From Eledone cirrhosa (lineage: Eukaryota), in assembly GCA_964016885.1 (NCBI GenBank), contig OZ024741.1, forward strand, positions 410,812,001-410,876,000: a stretch of DNA of 64,000 nucleotides, read 5' to 3'. The notes under the pieces were generated by a model. That model was not told the DNA's origin, ran no database searches, and was given only the letters and a program-made list of their open reading frames with translations. Below are positions 62,601-64,000 of the stretch, in pieces. Both the position numbers and the translations under genes were made by a program. Positions within the stretch are counted from its first letter, which is position 1. Each line of letters begins with the position of its first letter.

Positions 62601-64000
62601 AGTTATATTATATTGTTCTATATCCTCTGTGTTATACGCATGTCTTACTGTTATATTATATTGTTCTATATCCTCTGTGTTATACCTATATCCTACTCTT
62701 ATATTATATTGTTCTATATCTTCTGTGTTATACGTATGTCCTACTGTTATATAATTTTGTCCTATATCCTCTGTTTTATACGTATGTCCTACTGTTATAT
62801 TAAATTGATCTATATCCTCTGTGTTATACCTATGTCCTACTGTTATATTATACTGTTCTCTATCCTCTGTGTTATTCGTATGTCCTACTGTTATATTATA
62901 TCGTTCTATATCCTCTGTTATACCTATGTCCTACTGTTATATTATATTGTTCTATATCCTCTGTGTTATACGTATGTCCTACTGTTATATTATATTGTTC
63001 TATATCCTCTGTGTTATACGTATGTCCTACTGTTATATTATATTGTTCTATATTATCTGTGTTATATGTATGTACTACTGTTATATTATATTGTTCTATA
63101 TCCTGTTATACCTATGTCCTACTGTTATATTTTATTGTTCTATATCCTATGTGTTATACGTATGTACTACTGTTATATTATATTGTTCTATATCCTCTGT
63201 TATACCTATGTCCTACTGTTATATTATATTGTTCTATATCCTCTGTTATACATATGTCCTAATGTATTATATTATTCTATATCCTCTGTGTTATATGTAT
63301 CTCCTACTGTTATATTATATTGTTCTATATCCTCTGTGTTATACCTATATCCTACTGTTATATTATATTGTTCTATATCCTCTGTGATATACCTATGTCC
63401 TACTGTTATATTATACTGTTCTATATCTTCTGTCTTATTCGTATGTCCTACTGTTATATTATATCGTTCTATATCCTGTTATACCTATGTCCTACTGTTA
63501 TATTATATTGTTCTATATCCTCTGGGTTATACGTATGTCTTACTGTTATATTATATTGTTCTATATCCTCTGTGTTATACGTATGTCCTACTGTTATATT
63601 ATATTGTTCTATATCCTCTGTGTTATACGTATGTCTTACTGTTATATTATATTGTTCCATATTCTCTGTGTTATACGTATGTACTACTGTTATATTATAT
63701 TGTTCTATATCCTCTGTTATAACAATGTCCTACTGTTATATTATATTGTTCTATATCCTCTGTGTTATACGTATTTCCTACTGTTATATAATATTGTCCT
63801 ATATCCTCTGTTTTATACGTATGTCCTACTGTTATATTAAATTGTTCTATATCCTCTGTGTTATACCTATGTCCTACTGTTATATTATACTGTTCTATAT
63901 CATCTGTGTTATACGTATGTCCTACCGTTATATTATATTGTCCTATATCCTGTTTTATACGTGTGTCCTACTGTTATATTAAACCGTTCTATATCCTCTG
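50700..64000 (-). repeat. Young higher-order-repeat domain: ~1560-bp (~33-monomer) unit, ~2630-bp composite period, and a 9983-bp-offset match
   Basis: The marker AAATTGATCTATA has GATC at 51263, 52824, 55983, 57544, 58617, 60177, 61246 and 62807 (spacings 1561, 3159, 1561, 1073, 1560, 1069, 1561). ORF pairs 51051..52298/61034..62281 and 53337..53999/63320..63982 are offset 9983. Confidence 0.88.

Larger units (their letters stand above)
14282..64000 (-). repeat. Same satellite in inverted orientation, T-rich strand on top (right arm; continues past the window end)
   Basis: The top strand reads TATGTCCTACTGTTATATTATATTGTTCTATATCCTCT(GT)GTTATAC(G/C), the reverse complement of the left-arm monomer. 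The long artefactual ORFs flip from - to + at this point (last - ORF ends 14214, first + ORF starts 14283). Confidence 0.98.

Noticed and set aside
287-63982. Hundreds of ORFs up to 651 aa (e.g. 49304..51259, 40620..42557, 8480..10210)
   Set aside because: All are translations of the same satellite monomer. They overlap in all three frames, switch peptide type at every 46-bp monomer, flip strand with the array, and show no recognisable domain or gene context.
1-64000. Possible CRISPR array (regular ~47-bp periodicity with variable positions)
   Set aside because: There are no unique spacers. The entire unit repeats head-to-tail, and there is no leader or cas gene.
1-64000. Abundant TATA-like and TATAAT (-10-like) motifs as promoters
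   Set aside because: They are intrinsic to the AT-rich monomer, and there are no downstream genes.
1-64000. Assignment to a named satellite, telomeric repeat or specific organism
   Set aside because: I do not recognise the monomer, and there is no canonical telomere motif or CENP-B box. A BLASTn/Dfam/Repbase search of the consensus would be needed.

Overview
The whole 64 kb window is one AT-rich tandem satellite DNA array, most likely eukaryotic heterochromatin (inference). I cannot assign it to a named family or species. The monomer is 46-48 bp. On the A-rich strand the consensus is ATAAC(AC)AGAGGATATAGAACAATATAATATAACAGTAGGA(C/T)ATA(C/G)GT, giving roughly 1,350 copies (64,000/~47). There are no credible genes, RNA genes, transposons or CRISPR arrays. 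The many ORFs are artefacts: the T-rich strand of the 48-mer has no stop codon in any frame. The real structure is organisational. (1) The array switches orientation once, at about 14,281, with no spacer DNA. (2) The monomer is built from two degenerate copies of a 17-19 bp core. (3) There are nested higher-order repeats and segmental duplications with offsets of 140, 234, ~1560, 2007, ~2630, 2722, 4098, 6447, 7393 and 9983 bp, and they appear more homogeneous away from the inversion. (4) Rare marker monomers (one +6 bp insertion and several microhomology deletions) trace the expansion history. I found no evidence for a new protein-coding system. Duplication boundaries were read by eye and from ORF-track offsets, so they are approximate.
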